Below, in pieces: positions 29,662-37,525 of a DNA stretch of 64,000 nucleotides. A program made the position numbers and the translations under genes. Source of the stretch: a virus. Its lineage: Duplodnaviria > Caudoviricetes. The stretch lies in the IMG/VR virus record IMGVR_UViG_3300028410_000746; one strand, written 5' to 3'. The notes beneath the pieces were generated by a model, which ran no database searches, was not told where the DNA came from, and saw only the letters and a program-made list of their open reading frames with translations. Within the stretch, counting starts at the first letter, position 1. Every line of letters begins with the position of its first letter.

Positions 29662-30162
29662 TCAACGGTTGTACTTCTTACCTACCACGCCAAACCGAGA
29701 CGCCACACGTTGGCGAGTCATCTCCAGAGCTTGGGCCGATATGATCTTGAGCGCACGCTGAGCGCCGCGCTCAATGAAATTCTTACCTTCAAAGCCCGGA
29801 TGTTTCCAGGCTCCTGACCTCATAGAGGCCTGTGTCGCAGTTCGGAACACCACCTGTCCGTTGTCCGTGACGATCGGGATCGGCCGGCGCGCCTTGGTCA
29901 AGTGTGTCATCTGGTACGCCTTGACCCCGTTGTTCAGGTAACTCGCAGCGGGGTGTGAGGAACGGATGATGATCTGACCACCACGGACCTCCGACTCGAA
30001 CGACGACAAGAGGTCGCTTGGTACCGACTTGAAGGCGGTACGGCGGATCTCAGCCTTGACCTCCCGGAGGGCCGTGTCGGCGGCCTTCTCCAAGAAGCTC
30101 TTCGAGAGGGACGATGTATCGCGCAGTGGGGCCTCGGGCCTGGAGCGTTCGTTGTCGGGCAC
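29662..30162 (-). CDS. putative neck/tail-completion protein (HK97 gp10-like)
   Basis: Position; AWKHPGFEGKNFIERG resembles the gp10-like HPG...F motif. Confidence 0.5.
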   Translation of the reverse strand: MPDNERSRPEAPLRDTSSLSKSFLEKAADTALREVKAEIRRTAFKSVPSDLLSSFESEVRGGQIIIRSSHPAASYLNNGVKAYQMTHLTKARRPIPIVTDNGQVVFRTATQASMRSGAWKHPGFEGKNFIERGAQRALKIISAQALEMTRQRVASRFGVVGKKYNR

Positions 30163-30243
30163 GGGGAGCCTCCTTGACCGTGCCCACTACCCGTGAGTAC
30201 GCGGCCTGTATGCTTAGTAGGTGTCGGTACTCAGGAGACTCCA

Positions 30244-30840
30244 TCATCCCAGCTCCGGATACGGGCTCAGGCCCAGCCCTTCACGATGCGCTTGCACCGC
30301 ACGCAGCAACATCTTGGCGTTGGCTTTTCCCAGGGACACCTTGACCTCCTGAGTGCCTTCGCACGTCCCATCCGAGATGAAGTTCACCACAGGCACACCC
30401 CAGTCTCGAACCTTGTTGTAAGCACGCTCCGCATGCGACTCCAAAGTCTCCAGGATGATCACGTCATAATGGCGACCACGCAGACGCTCATCCCAGCTTC
30501 GATGCAGTACCGAGGAGAACGTTAGATTCTGCGTCTCGCTCCCCATGTACGTCGGGATGGCATAGATCGGCGTAGGAGCCACGTAAGCTACCCGAAAGCC
30601 CTCTTGAGACAGTTGCCGAGACGCGTAGCTGTAGCCCGCCCTTCGACCCAACGACACATGCAAGCGTCGTCCTCGGCCGCGCACGTACTCTACGTGGTCT
30701 GAGAAGACCGTCTCGCCCCGCGCGAAGGCTTCCAGGAGCAGCACGAGTCGATCGCCCTGGTTCGGGGTATTAAGCCGAAAACGCAACGTCGGCTCGTGGA
30801 TACCCTCCAACTCACCTATGACCCAACGCGGAATAAGCAC
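30244..30840 (-). CDS. hypothetical protein
   Basis: 198-aa ORF. Confidence 0.5.
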   Translation of the reverse strand: MLIPRWVIGELEGIHEPTLRFRLNTPNQGDRLVLLLEAFARGETVFSDHVEYVRGRGRRLHVSLGRRAGYSYASRQLSQEGFRVAYVAPTPIYAIPTYMGSETQNLTFSSVLHRSWDERLRGRHYDVIILETLESHAERAYNKVRDWGVPVVNFISDGTCEGTQEVKVSLGKANAKMLLRAVQAHREGLGLSPYPELG

Positions 30841-30848
30841 TACCTACC

Positions 30849-31145
30849 TCACTTATCGTCGACCAGATCCATGGATTTGGCCACGTCAATGACAATCCTG
30901 TTCAGAGCAGGGTACATCTTGTCGTCTTCCAAGTCGATCTTGCCGCCCAGCTCTTCTTTGAGTTCGGAGCGAACGCGCACGAAGAACAGCTCGGGCGCGT
31001 CATCTACGCCGAGCTGCTGAGTCGTCATCTCTCCAATCATCTTGTCGATGGACTCTTTGGGATCGAACGCGTCGTCGTCCGCAGCGTCGAGGAGGTTGGT
31101 GTATGCAGCCGCCACGCGGCGGGCCAGTCGGATTTGCTTCTTCAT
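30849..31145 (-). CDS. small acidic protein with N-terminal LARRVAAAY motif
   Basis: ORF with RBS; motif shared with head-region proteins. Confidence 0.6.
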   Translation of the reverse strand: MKKQIRLARRVAAAYTNLLDAADDDAFDPKESIDKMIGEMTTQQLGVDDAPELFFVRVRSELKEELGGKIDLEDDKMYPALNRIVIDVAKSMDLVDDK

Positions 31146-31168
31146 CAGTCTCTCAAGGTTGAGGTCAG

Positions 31169-32155
31169 TTAGTGGATCATCAGTTGCGGTTTGGGATGCC
31201 AGTTACGCGAGAGTTGATGAGAGCAGGGAAGCACGGTCTCTAAAAGAATCGACAGGGCCTCCCCGGACTTGATCTCACTACCGCTAAAACGCACCACACT
31301 ATACCCCCTCGCCAAGAACGACTGATCACTCTGAGTGTCTGATGCCGCCTTAATCCGAGGATCTATAAACACAGTATCAAGACCGTGGAAGGCTTCCCCG
31401 TCGCACTGAACAACGACCACACGACCGGAAGCATCACAGAGCTGTAAATCGGCTTCCCAAATTTGACGGTCGATTCCCGTGCCAAAAGTATACCAAGCGT
31501 TTCGTCTCCGAATTGAAACGCCCTCGCCTGCCAACTGCCCCACCAACAGAGCTTCCAAGCTTGACGGTCCGGTTAACCGTTGGAAGTGTTCCACACGGCC
31601 TTCCGTAGACAGCGTGTCCCACCACCTACGAAAACCGACGTGGGCGGCTCGAATAGACCGACGATTCCCCCGAGACACAACTGCGCAATAGGCTTCTTCG
31701 TCGTAAACGGTCAAAAACAGGGCACGGGCTTGGGAGTACCCCAACCCGAACTGAGACATGGCATACCTAACCCCTTCCCGTGATACCACGTCCGCCACCG
31801 CGCGAGCAGATAGCGTACCAGGATGGAGACCCTCAAAGGTCTCAAAGAGGTACTCGATACTCAAAGGCTTCCAGGCCTCATACGACCTCTTGCTCATCTG
31901 GGAGCCTACAGAAACGCAGCGAGGGCACCTCTTCGCTTGAGAGCCCTTTTTGTCATAGACCTCCCAAACCGATCCACATTTCCGGCAAGTGAGTTGACAC
32001 CGATACCCCGTCTTCCACGCATCCCACGACTCTCGCAAAACCACATGCGCCTCGTCAGTGGCGCAACTGATGTGGTTAATCCACGAATACACGCTTTTGA
32101 CATGAGCGCCACAAGCTCCGCAAGAAGCGGGGAAGATGTGATAGGTGTTCTGCAT
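31169..32155 (-). CDS. free-standing Vsr/DUF559-like homing endonuclease with Zn ribbons
   Basis: CxxC pairs; SSLEALL...EADL...VQCDGEAFHG...D..F..RGYSVVRFSGSEI; atypical codon usage. Confidence 0.8.
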   Translation of the reverse strand: MQNTYHIFPASCGACGAHVKSVYSWINHISCATDEAHVVLRESWDAWKTGYRCQLTCRKCGSVWEVYDKKGSQAKRCPRCVSVGSQMSKRSYEAWKPLSIEYLFETFEGLHPGTLSARAVADVVSREGVRYAMSQFGLGYSQARALFLTVYDEEAYCAVVSRGNRRSIRAAHVGFRRWWDTLSTEGRVEHFQRLTGPSSLEALLVGQLAGEGVSIRRRNAWYTFGTGIDRQIWEADLQLCDASGRVVVVQCDGEAFHGLDTVFIDPRIKAASDTQSDQSFLARGYSVVRFSGSEIKSGEALSILLETVLPCSHQLSRNWHPKPQLMIH

Positions 32156-32156
32156 A

Positions 32157-33515
32157 TCAATACATGATATTGGACCAGACCGGTGTTCGGCCGCGCTCTT
32201 CGATGCCCTCAGGCGGCTCGTCCGTACAGTCGTCGCCCGTCTTGTCCGTGATCTGCGGGTAACGCACTGCGTCATCCGAGTCATCCCAAAGCCACGGGCG
32301 CGTCTCGGGGAAAGCCAGGGCATCGGTACCCGTCACAGGAACCTTGTACCGGATATCGTGCCGGTCGAGGAGGTTCACAGAGAAGTGCTGCTGGAGCACG
32401 TTACCTCGGTTGGTCGGCATACGTACCGCTCCAATCGAGTAACGGTCACCGTTGAGCTTGACGAAGAAGTCACGCTGGCTCAAGAGAGGCCGAGGGCCCG
32501 TCCAGACGTCATAGCGCATCTCTTCGTAACGACCACGATCCGTCTGACGGAGCGTACGCTCGGTGTCGGGCGGAACAAGGAGCTGCTCGTAAGGACCCTC
32601 GTAACCCCCAAGAATTCCAGTGCCGAAACAGCCGGGGCAGTTGTTACGAGGATGGGGGTCGTCCGCATCCTGGCGACAGCCGCACGGCACGCCCTGGTAC
32701 TTGTGGATGAAGAGCTTGACGCGCTCTCCGCCCTGATCAATCAGCCAGCGGTTGCGACGGATCGCCTCTCGCCAAATGTAGTCCAGATTCTCCATCTGAT
32801 GGATGTGGCGCGATTCCGTCCACTCAAGGGGCGTCTCCTTCGTTTGGAGATCCCAGGAGTCCACACCAACTGTCGTGATCCGCCAGAACGCACGCTTGAA
32901 CAGATCCGTACGCAGGTGGTTGGTGTTGTAGGTGTAGTCGACCGTCACCGTGGAGCCCGGAAAGGGCAGCACGGGCTCAATGCGCTCATTGGTCCGTACG
33001 TCGTAGGTATAGGCCGTCTGAAGCTGAACCTCACCCGTCTCCCCGAAGACGCGTGCGGGCCGAACCTGCACGCCGTCTATCGTCACGATCACGTCGTCGG
33101 AGCTGTTCGCCGGGAGCCGGGGCTGTCCCGGCTGCATGATTGGGAAGTTAGCCGTCTTGAACGTCCAGTTGTCCGCCTCGTCCCCTCGGGAGAGGAAGCT
33201 CCCCGAAACATCCTCGCCCACCACCGTCTGCTGCGTCGTCGCGTCCCTGTAGTACGTCGCCCCGATTGGGTTGATGTTGAGACGCTCGAACGGGCCAAAC
33301 TCGGAGTCGAAGCTCCGGTAGATGTTGACCCCCAGGATCGTGAATCGGCCGTTGTTCGGCAAGAGCGCGGGCGCATCCCAGTACAGATCCACGGTCGGGA
33401 ACGCATCATCTGCGTCGAACGCGTACTGCACGTTGAAGTTCAACGGCTGTACCGGGAAGTCGGGATTGACCCGCTCCTTAACCGTTGTCCTTCTATCTCG
33501 GGGTCCTGCGGCCAT
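32157..33515 (-). CDS. neck/head-tail connector protein
   Basis: Position; GGERVKLF...CGC...CPGCFGTGILGGY segment typical of myophage neck-region proteins. Confidence 0.6.
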   Translation of the reverse strand: MAAGPRDRRTTVKERVNPDFPVQPLNFNVQYAFDADDAFPTVDLYWDAPALLPNNGRFTILGVNIYRSFDSEFGPFERLNINPIGATYYRDATTQQTVVGEDVSGSFLSRGDEADNWTFKTANFPIMQPGQPRLPANSSDDVIVTIDGVQVRPARVFGETGEVQLQTAYTYDVRTNERIEPVLPFPGSTVTVDYTYNTNHLRTDLFKRAFWRITTVGVDSWDLQTKETPLEWTESRHIHQMENLDYIWREAIRRNRWLIDQGGERVKLFIHKYQGVPCGCRQDADDPHPRNNCPGCFGTGILGGYEGPYEQLLVPPDTERTLRQTDRGRYEEMRYDVWTGPRPLLSQRDFFVKLNGDRYSIGAVRMPTNRGNVLQQHFSVNLLDRHDIRYKVPVTGTDALAFPETRPWLWDDSDDAVRYPQITDKTGDDCTDEPPEGIEERGRTPVWSNIMY

Positions 33516-33582
33516 GCGCGGTGATCTCCAGGTGGGTTGGATCGAACACGACCACCGCGACTATAAAAGGATAACCACGCGC

Positions 33583-33972
33583 TTACGCGCTCAGGCACGG
33601 CTCCAGGAAGTCCTCCTGAGACAGGCAGTAGGCGTAGCCGTGAGGATCAACCTGCAAGATGGCACCCACGAAGTGTGCCCCCGCCTCCATGATGAACAGG
33701 TCCGGCAAGTGGCTCAGGATGTGCTCCTGCTCCTCGTAGTCGTTATGAGGCCACACGTAGTGACACTCAGTCCCGTCCTCCTGAACCTCCACGATGAGAA
33801 CGGTCTTGAGAGAGAACATCTCCTCCAACCACATGTAGAGGTCCTCAGAAGCACTCGACTCCGAGCGTAGACGCTTCTGCTTGTCCTTACCGATCGGCGT
33901 GTAGTGTACCGTGAATTCCGGGTGGGTTGGGGGTGAGAAACTGTAGAGCGTTTGAGGTCGCATCGTCCACAT
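33583..33972 (-). CDS. hypothetical protein
   Basis: GAGGGG RBS; 129 aa. Confidence 0.55.
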   Translation of the reverse strand: MWTMRPQTLYSFSPPTHPEFTVHYTPIGKDKQKRLRSESSASEDLYMWLEEMFSLKTVLIVEVQEDGTECHYVWPHNDYEEQEHILSHLPDLFIMEAGAHFVGAILQVDPHGYAYCLSQEDFLEPCLSA

Positions 33973-34053
33973 AATCCCCTCGCATTGCTGCTGGTTGCGG
34001 GTTGCTTCCGGAAGCTCAAGCTCCCTGGAACACCTACAGAGAGGATGAGTAGA

Positions 34054-34521
34054 TTAAGGCTCGAAGGCCACAGCATCGACAGGCTGACCCATCTCCTCCA
34101 AGCCCTCACACAGGGGGCAGTTGATACCGTGCTCCCAGCACACCTTGCCGGCTTGGTGTTTCGGAGAGCCCTCATGGCTACGCGCCGGAGCGGCTGGCCC
34201 GGCCGGACGACTCATCCCTACCCAGGTATCCCCACTCTCTATGCGCAGAAGAGACCAACGCCGACCGCCATAAACGAAAGTCCGACCCGAACGCTCCTGC
34301 GACTCCCACCACATCCGAATCGTAGCCAAGGAGGTGGTCTCCAGGCCCAAGGACTCATTGGCCTCGAACCTGAAATACAAGAACCATCCCGCCTCATAGC
34401 CGCTTGACGAGACACGCAGCTCTACGACCTCATGCGAGGTAAACAAGGGCGCACCGATGTGAGGTAAAAGCAGCTCCTCCAGGAAGTCTGACGTCCGGCT
34501 CACAGCCTCTCGCTCATCCAT
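34054..34521 (-). CDS. hypothetical protein
   Basis: 155 aa, downstream of predicted promoter. Confidence 0.55.
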   Translation of the reverse strand: MDEREAVSRTSDFLEELLLPHIGAPLFTSHEVVELRVSSSGYEAGWFLYFRFEANESLGLETTSLATIRMWWESQERSGRTFVYGGRRWSLLRIESGDTWVGMSRPAGPAAPARSHEGSPKHQAGKVCWEHGINCPLCEGLEEMGQPVDAVAFEP

Positions 34522-34556
34522 AACACACCTTCATACCCTTGTAACGTAGTAGACGT

Positions 34557-34590
34557 AAAATACCCCTTGACGCTTGGTAGTGTCAAGGGG
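34557..34590 (-). terminator. terminator hairpin overlapping a promoter
   Basis: CCCCTTGAC/GTCAAGGGG stem plus TATTTT; on minus strand also TTGACA-N18-TATTTT. Confidence 0.6.
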
Positions 34591-34615
34591 CATATACGTG
34601 GACCTCAAGAGAGAC

Positions 34616-35425
34616 TCAGACCGACTCGGCCTCGTAGCGGCCGTTGCCCATGTTGCGAATGACGTCTCGGCTGGTCTGGGGTATCTCGACCAGGATCGAA
34701 CGAACATAGTTGCTGCGGTTGTACTCATCGTCATAGTAGTAGTCGTCGTCAAACGAGCTACGCGCCTCCTTGTAGACGTCGACACGCACGACATCACCCG
34801 CCTCAACCCGACGGAGCACCTCTTCAAGGCCACCGCGACGAACCGAAGGTGCGCCCTTGAGCGCATCCCAGCCTCGGAAGGCCTCAGCCGCATGCGTGTA
34901 GTCCGCGCCGCGCAGCTTCTCCTTCTGGAGAACGTAGTACACGAACTTGGCTGCATGACTCGCACCCGCCATGCGTACAGACGCCTCGCGCCAGCCGTCT
35001 CGCGTCTTCTCGATCTTGCCCTTGCTCGTCATGGGTATTTCGACCGTAATGTTCTGCTTGAGATCACCACGCACCATCTCATCCTCATCCTCATCGTACT
35101 CACTGAAGTACACGAACACGTCCACCACCGTACCCGGAGAAGCCGAGGTGAGCGCCTCATCCAGGGGCTCAATGTCGGTGATGCCGTTCATAGACGACAT
35201 GTTACGCTTCCAGGAGTCCCAGTCCTTGTAGACGATGGCCTCGTGAAGGTACTTCTTGCCCGACGCGCGCTCCTTGCGTAGAGCTTGCCGAACGATCTTG
35301 GCTGCGTACGAAGCAGCAGCGGCAGTACGCGTAGACGCCAGGGAGGCGATCACAGGCTTGAGGTGAGGACGCAGCTCAGGCTTGGTTTTGCCGAGGCGAA
35401 TGAGACGGGCTTTGAGATCAGACAT
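34616..35425 (-). CDS. hypothetical protein with N-terminal LIRL..PELR motif and internal duplication
   Basis: MSDLKARLIRLGKTKPELRPHLKPVIASL; two related ~100-aa halves ending V.VDV....D......VEIP.TS. Confidence 0.75.
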   Translation of the reverse strand: MSDLKARLIRLGKTKPELRPHLKPVIASLASTRTAAAASYAAKIVRQALRKERASGKKYLHEAIVYKDWDSWKRNMSSMNGITDIEPLDEALTSASPGTVVDVFVYFSEYDEDEDEMVRGDLKQNITVEIPMTSKGKIEKTRDGWREASVRMAGASHAAKFVYYVLQKEKLRGADYTHAAEAFRGWDALKGAPSVRRGGLEEVLRRVEAGDVVRVDVYKEARSSFDDDYYYDDEYNRSNYVRSILVEIPQTSRDVIRNMGNGRYEAESV

Positions 35426-35490
35426 GGCGTACGTGCTCCGGGATAGAAGAAGGTATACACCTTCCCCCTGTATAGACGAGTTACCGCACA

Positions 35491-35661
35491 TCACCACCGA
35501 AAGCGAAGGGTGCCCATGAGATACGAATACAGGAGCGGGCTCACGTAACACACCAACGCCAGCCATCGGTCGACCTGGAAGTACGGTGCAAAGCCTACAA
35601 ACACTACGCCCGATACCAGCATCAACACGTACACTGCACGTCGGAGATGAGTAAGAGTCAT
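35491..35661 (-). CDS. small two-helix membrane protein
   Basis: GGAGAGG RBS; MTLTHLRRAVYVLMLVSGVVFVGFAPYFQVDRWLALVCYVSPLLYSYLM. Confidence 0.55.
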   Translation of the reverse strand: MTLTHLRRAVYVLMLVSGVVFVGFAPYFQVDRWLALVCYVSPLLYSYLMGTLRFRW

Positions 35662-35685
35662 GAAACCTCTCCAGGTAAAGGTAGA

Positions 35686-35714
35686 CGAAACATCCCCGCT
35701 TGCGCGAAGAGTTG
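35686..35714 (-). repeat. solitary degenerate type I-E CRISPR repeat-like hairpin
   Basis: CAACTCTTCGCGCAAGCGGGGATGTTTCG, 20/29 identical to the array repeat (16/17 in the core); stem kept by G-U pairs. Confidence 0.5.
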
Positions 35715-35745
35715 ACACGGGGCACACGTTTTGCTGTACCACGCC

Positions 35746-36315
35746 TCACCCCGGAGAGTCGCAACCGTCAAGGGGTTTCGATCTTTGCAGGAGACCCAAC
35801 ACCTGCTGCTCCCTCAAGATCTCCGCTTCCTCGTCCTCTTCGGGAAGCCCACCCTCCAGGATGCCCACCAGCTCGAAGATGCCATGCGGGTCGAACTCGC
35901 CCGTACTTGCGTCGAGGACCCAGGACCTACCCCCGAGTAGATTCTCAGGGCATGTATGCTCCTCGACGTAGTAACGCATGTCACTGAGGCGCTCTTCAGC
36001 GTTCGCGGCGCGCCCGTAATCCAGGGTCTCGCGTGCGAGGACGAAATGCCCGGCTCGGATAACCTGCGTCAACTGGGACGCCTTGGTGCCCGTGGTAACC
36101 TCGACCACCTCCTCCCCCAGGATCTTCCCGCTCACGCTTACGAGACAGTTATCGCAGTACCAAGGGCCAAATCGACGCACCTGCGTAGAGTCCGCATCAA
36201 AGAGGTGGTCGACCGTACTCATGTCCTCACCGCAGTCCGGGCAGCACAAGAGCGTGCGAGTGTCTTTTCGTGTGTATGACACAGTGTCTCCGTCATAAAA
36301 ATACCTCCGTAACAT
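35746..36315 (-). CDS. zinc-finger hypothetical protein
   Basis: CPDC...CDNC; own promoter; start uncertain. Confidence 0.65.
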   Translation of the reverse strand: MLRRYFYDGDTVSYTRKDTRTLLCCPDCGEDMSTVDHLFDADSTQVRRFGPWYCDNCLVSVSGKILGEEVVEVTTGTKASQLTQVIRAGHFVLARETLDYGRAANAEERLSDMRYYVEEHTCPENLLGGRSWVLDASTGEFDPHGIFELVGILEGGLPEEDEEAEILREQQVLGLLQRSKPLDGCDSPG

Positions 36316-36328
36316 ACGGAGGTAACCC

Positions 36329-36358
36329 AGGGTACCACGAGAGAGTGAAGCCCGTCAA
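36329..36358 (-). promoter_or_regulatory. sigma70-type promoter
   Basis: TTGACG-N18(ending GTGG)-TACCCT; followed by hairpin TACCTCCGTA/TACGGAGGTA at 36302-36324. Confidence 0.6.
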
Positions 36359-36524
36359 GGGTCCGAAGACCTGACAAGCTCCCGGCGCCGTCTCCCCTAC
36401 TCCTGAAGGTCACCCCCCACAGGGACATCACAGTGTAACTCGCCCGGCTCCATCGAACGCTTATGCCCAAAGGCCACGAAAGGCACGGAGTACATCAGGG
36501 TCTCGCCCATCCCATTATAATGAA

Positions 36525-36614
36525 TGGGACATCCCCGCTCGCGCGGGGAACACTATACAGTGCGTGGAGTGGGCGGCGTCAAGGGCGGGACATCCCCGCT
36601 CGCGCGGGGAACAC
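36525..36614 (-). CRISPR. type I-E CRISPR mini-array: 2 repeats, 1 spacer
   Basis: GTGTTCCCCGCGCGAGCGGGGATGTCCC(G/A) at 36614-36586 and 36553-36525; 61-nt period; 32-nt spacer CCCTTGACGCCGCCCACTCCACGCACTGTATA; closely resembles the I-E repeat GTGTTCCCCGCGCCAGCGGGGATAAACCG. Confidence 0.92.
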
Positions 36615-36713
36615 TCTTCAAATGTTCAAGCCTTCGGAAGTGTACCTAACCCCCTGTATTCGCTCAGGAATCCTGTTGGCATGGGGTGCGCCGTTTTGCT
36701 TTACCAACTCTTA

Positions 36714-36752
36714 CCCTGTGGTATACCCCTGTGGTATACCCCTGTGGTACAC
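36714..36752. repeat. 13-bp tandem repeat x3 upstream of CRISPR repeat
   Basis: CCCTGTGGTATAC CCCTGTGGTATAC CCCTGTGGTACAC. Confidence 0.85.
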
Positions 36753-36772
36753 CTCTCCGACTCATGAGAAGG

Positions 36773-36801
36773 ACCCTACCTCAAGAGAAGGGGGACGTCA
36801 A
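36773..36801 (-). promoter_or_regulatory. promoter predicted to drive the CRISPR mini-array
   Basis: TTGACG-N17-TAGGGT, about 160 nt upstream of first repeat. Confidence 0.6.
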
Positions 36802-36825
36802 GCCTCTGTTGCCAAAAACTCTCCC

Positions 36826-36856
36826 AGGCGCAGGCGGACGACGCCCGCCTGCGTCT
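36826..36856 (-). terminator. hairpin terminating the fractured neck gene
   Basis: AGACGCAGGCGG/CCGCCTGCGCCT stem 22 nt after stop, then GGGAGAGTTTTT. Confidence 0.6.
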
Positions 36857-36877
36857 GGATCTCACCCTCCCACAGGG

Positions 36878-37525
36878 TCAGATTCCCATGAATTTACGGG
36901 GGGTTAGCGTACCGTTACCTGTAATCGGACCAAAACTCGACCTCACGCCCAGGCCATAGCGGCTCTGTTTCAGGCCACGCATGTACTTGACCGTACGAGC
37001 CTTGCCGTCGGTCATCATCTTCTCGAACTGCTGCTCGGCGTTGCCCTTCAAGGACTCGTACTTGGAACTGCGCTCGATGTCCAGATTGATACCGCCAATG
37101 GAGTACGAGTTATGCGCCAGGATGCCGTTGGTGAGTACGAAGTTCTCATCTCCAGGCACACTCAAGTCATAGGTGTATACACGAGCAAGGGCTTCCGTGT
37201 GCGCCGTCAAACGAGATCCCGAAGCCTGAGAAGAACCCTCCACACATACCGCCAAGGCATCCCCTACCTTGAGATCCTGAGCCAAAGCTTCACGTACCGC
37301 CCCATCTGGCCGGTACTCAAAGACCGAGTGATCCCCCGTACACGTCACAACCCTGCCCTGCGCATCCTCCAGCCGCACCATCGGCTTGTGTGGTGTATGG
37401 TGACGCATCACATCAGAGACCCGAGACCAACGTACACGCCCCGTAGAAGTCTCGACGCTACGAACCTCCAAAGAACCCTCTCGCAAGGCGTTCAGGAGCC
37501 ACTCTCGCTCATTATCGCTCAACAT
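36878..37525 (-). CDS. split intein C-half (139 aa) fused to C-extein (76 aa) of neck-region protein
   Basis: Block B TCTGDHSV, block F VYTYDLSVPGDENFV, block G NGILAHN then +1 Ser (SYSIGG). Confidence 0.92.
   Translation of the reverse strand: MLSDNEREWLLNALREGSLEVRSVETSTGRVRWSRVSDVMRHHTPHKPMVRLEDAQGRVVTCTGDHSVFEYRPDGAVREALAQDLKVGDALAVCVEGSSQASGSRLTAHTEALARVYTYDLSVPGDENFVLTNGILAHNSYSIGGINLDIERSSKYESLKGNAEQQFEKMMTDGKARTVKYMRGLKQSRYGLGVRSSFGPITGNGTLTPRKFMGI

Noticed and set aside
36422-36429. GGGACATC as a third CRISPR repeat
   Set aside because: Only 8 nt match, and the 104-nt offset is not a multiple of the 61-nt period.
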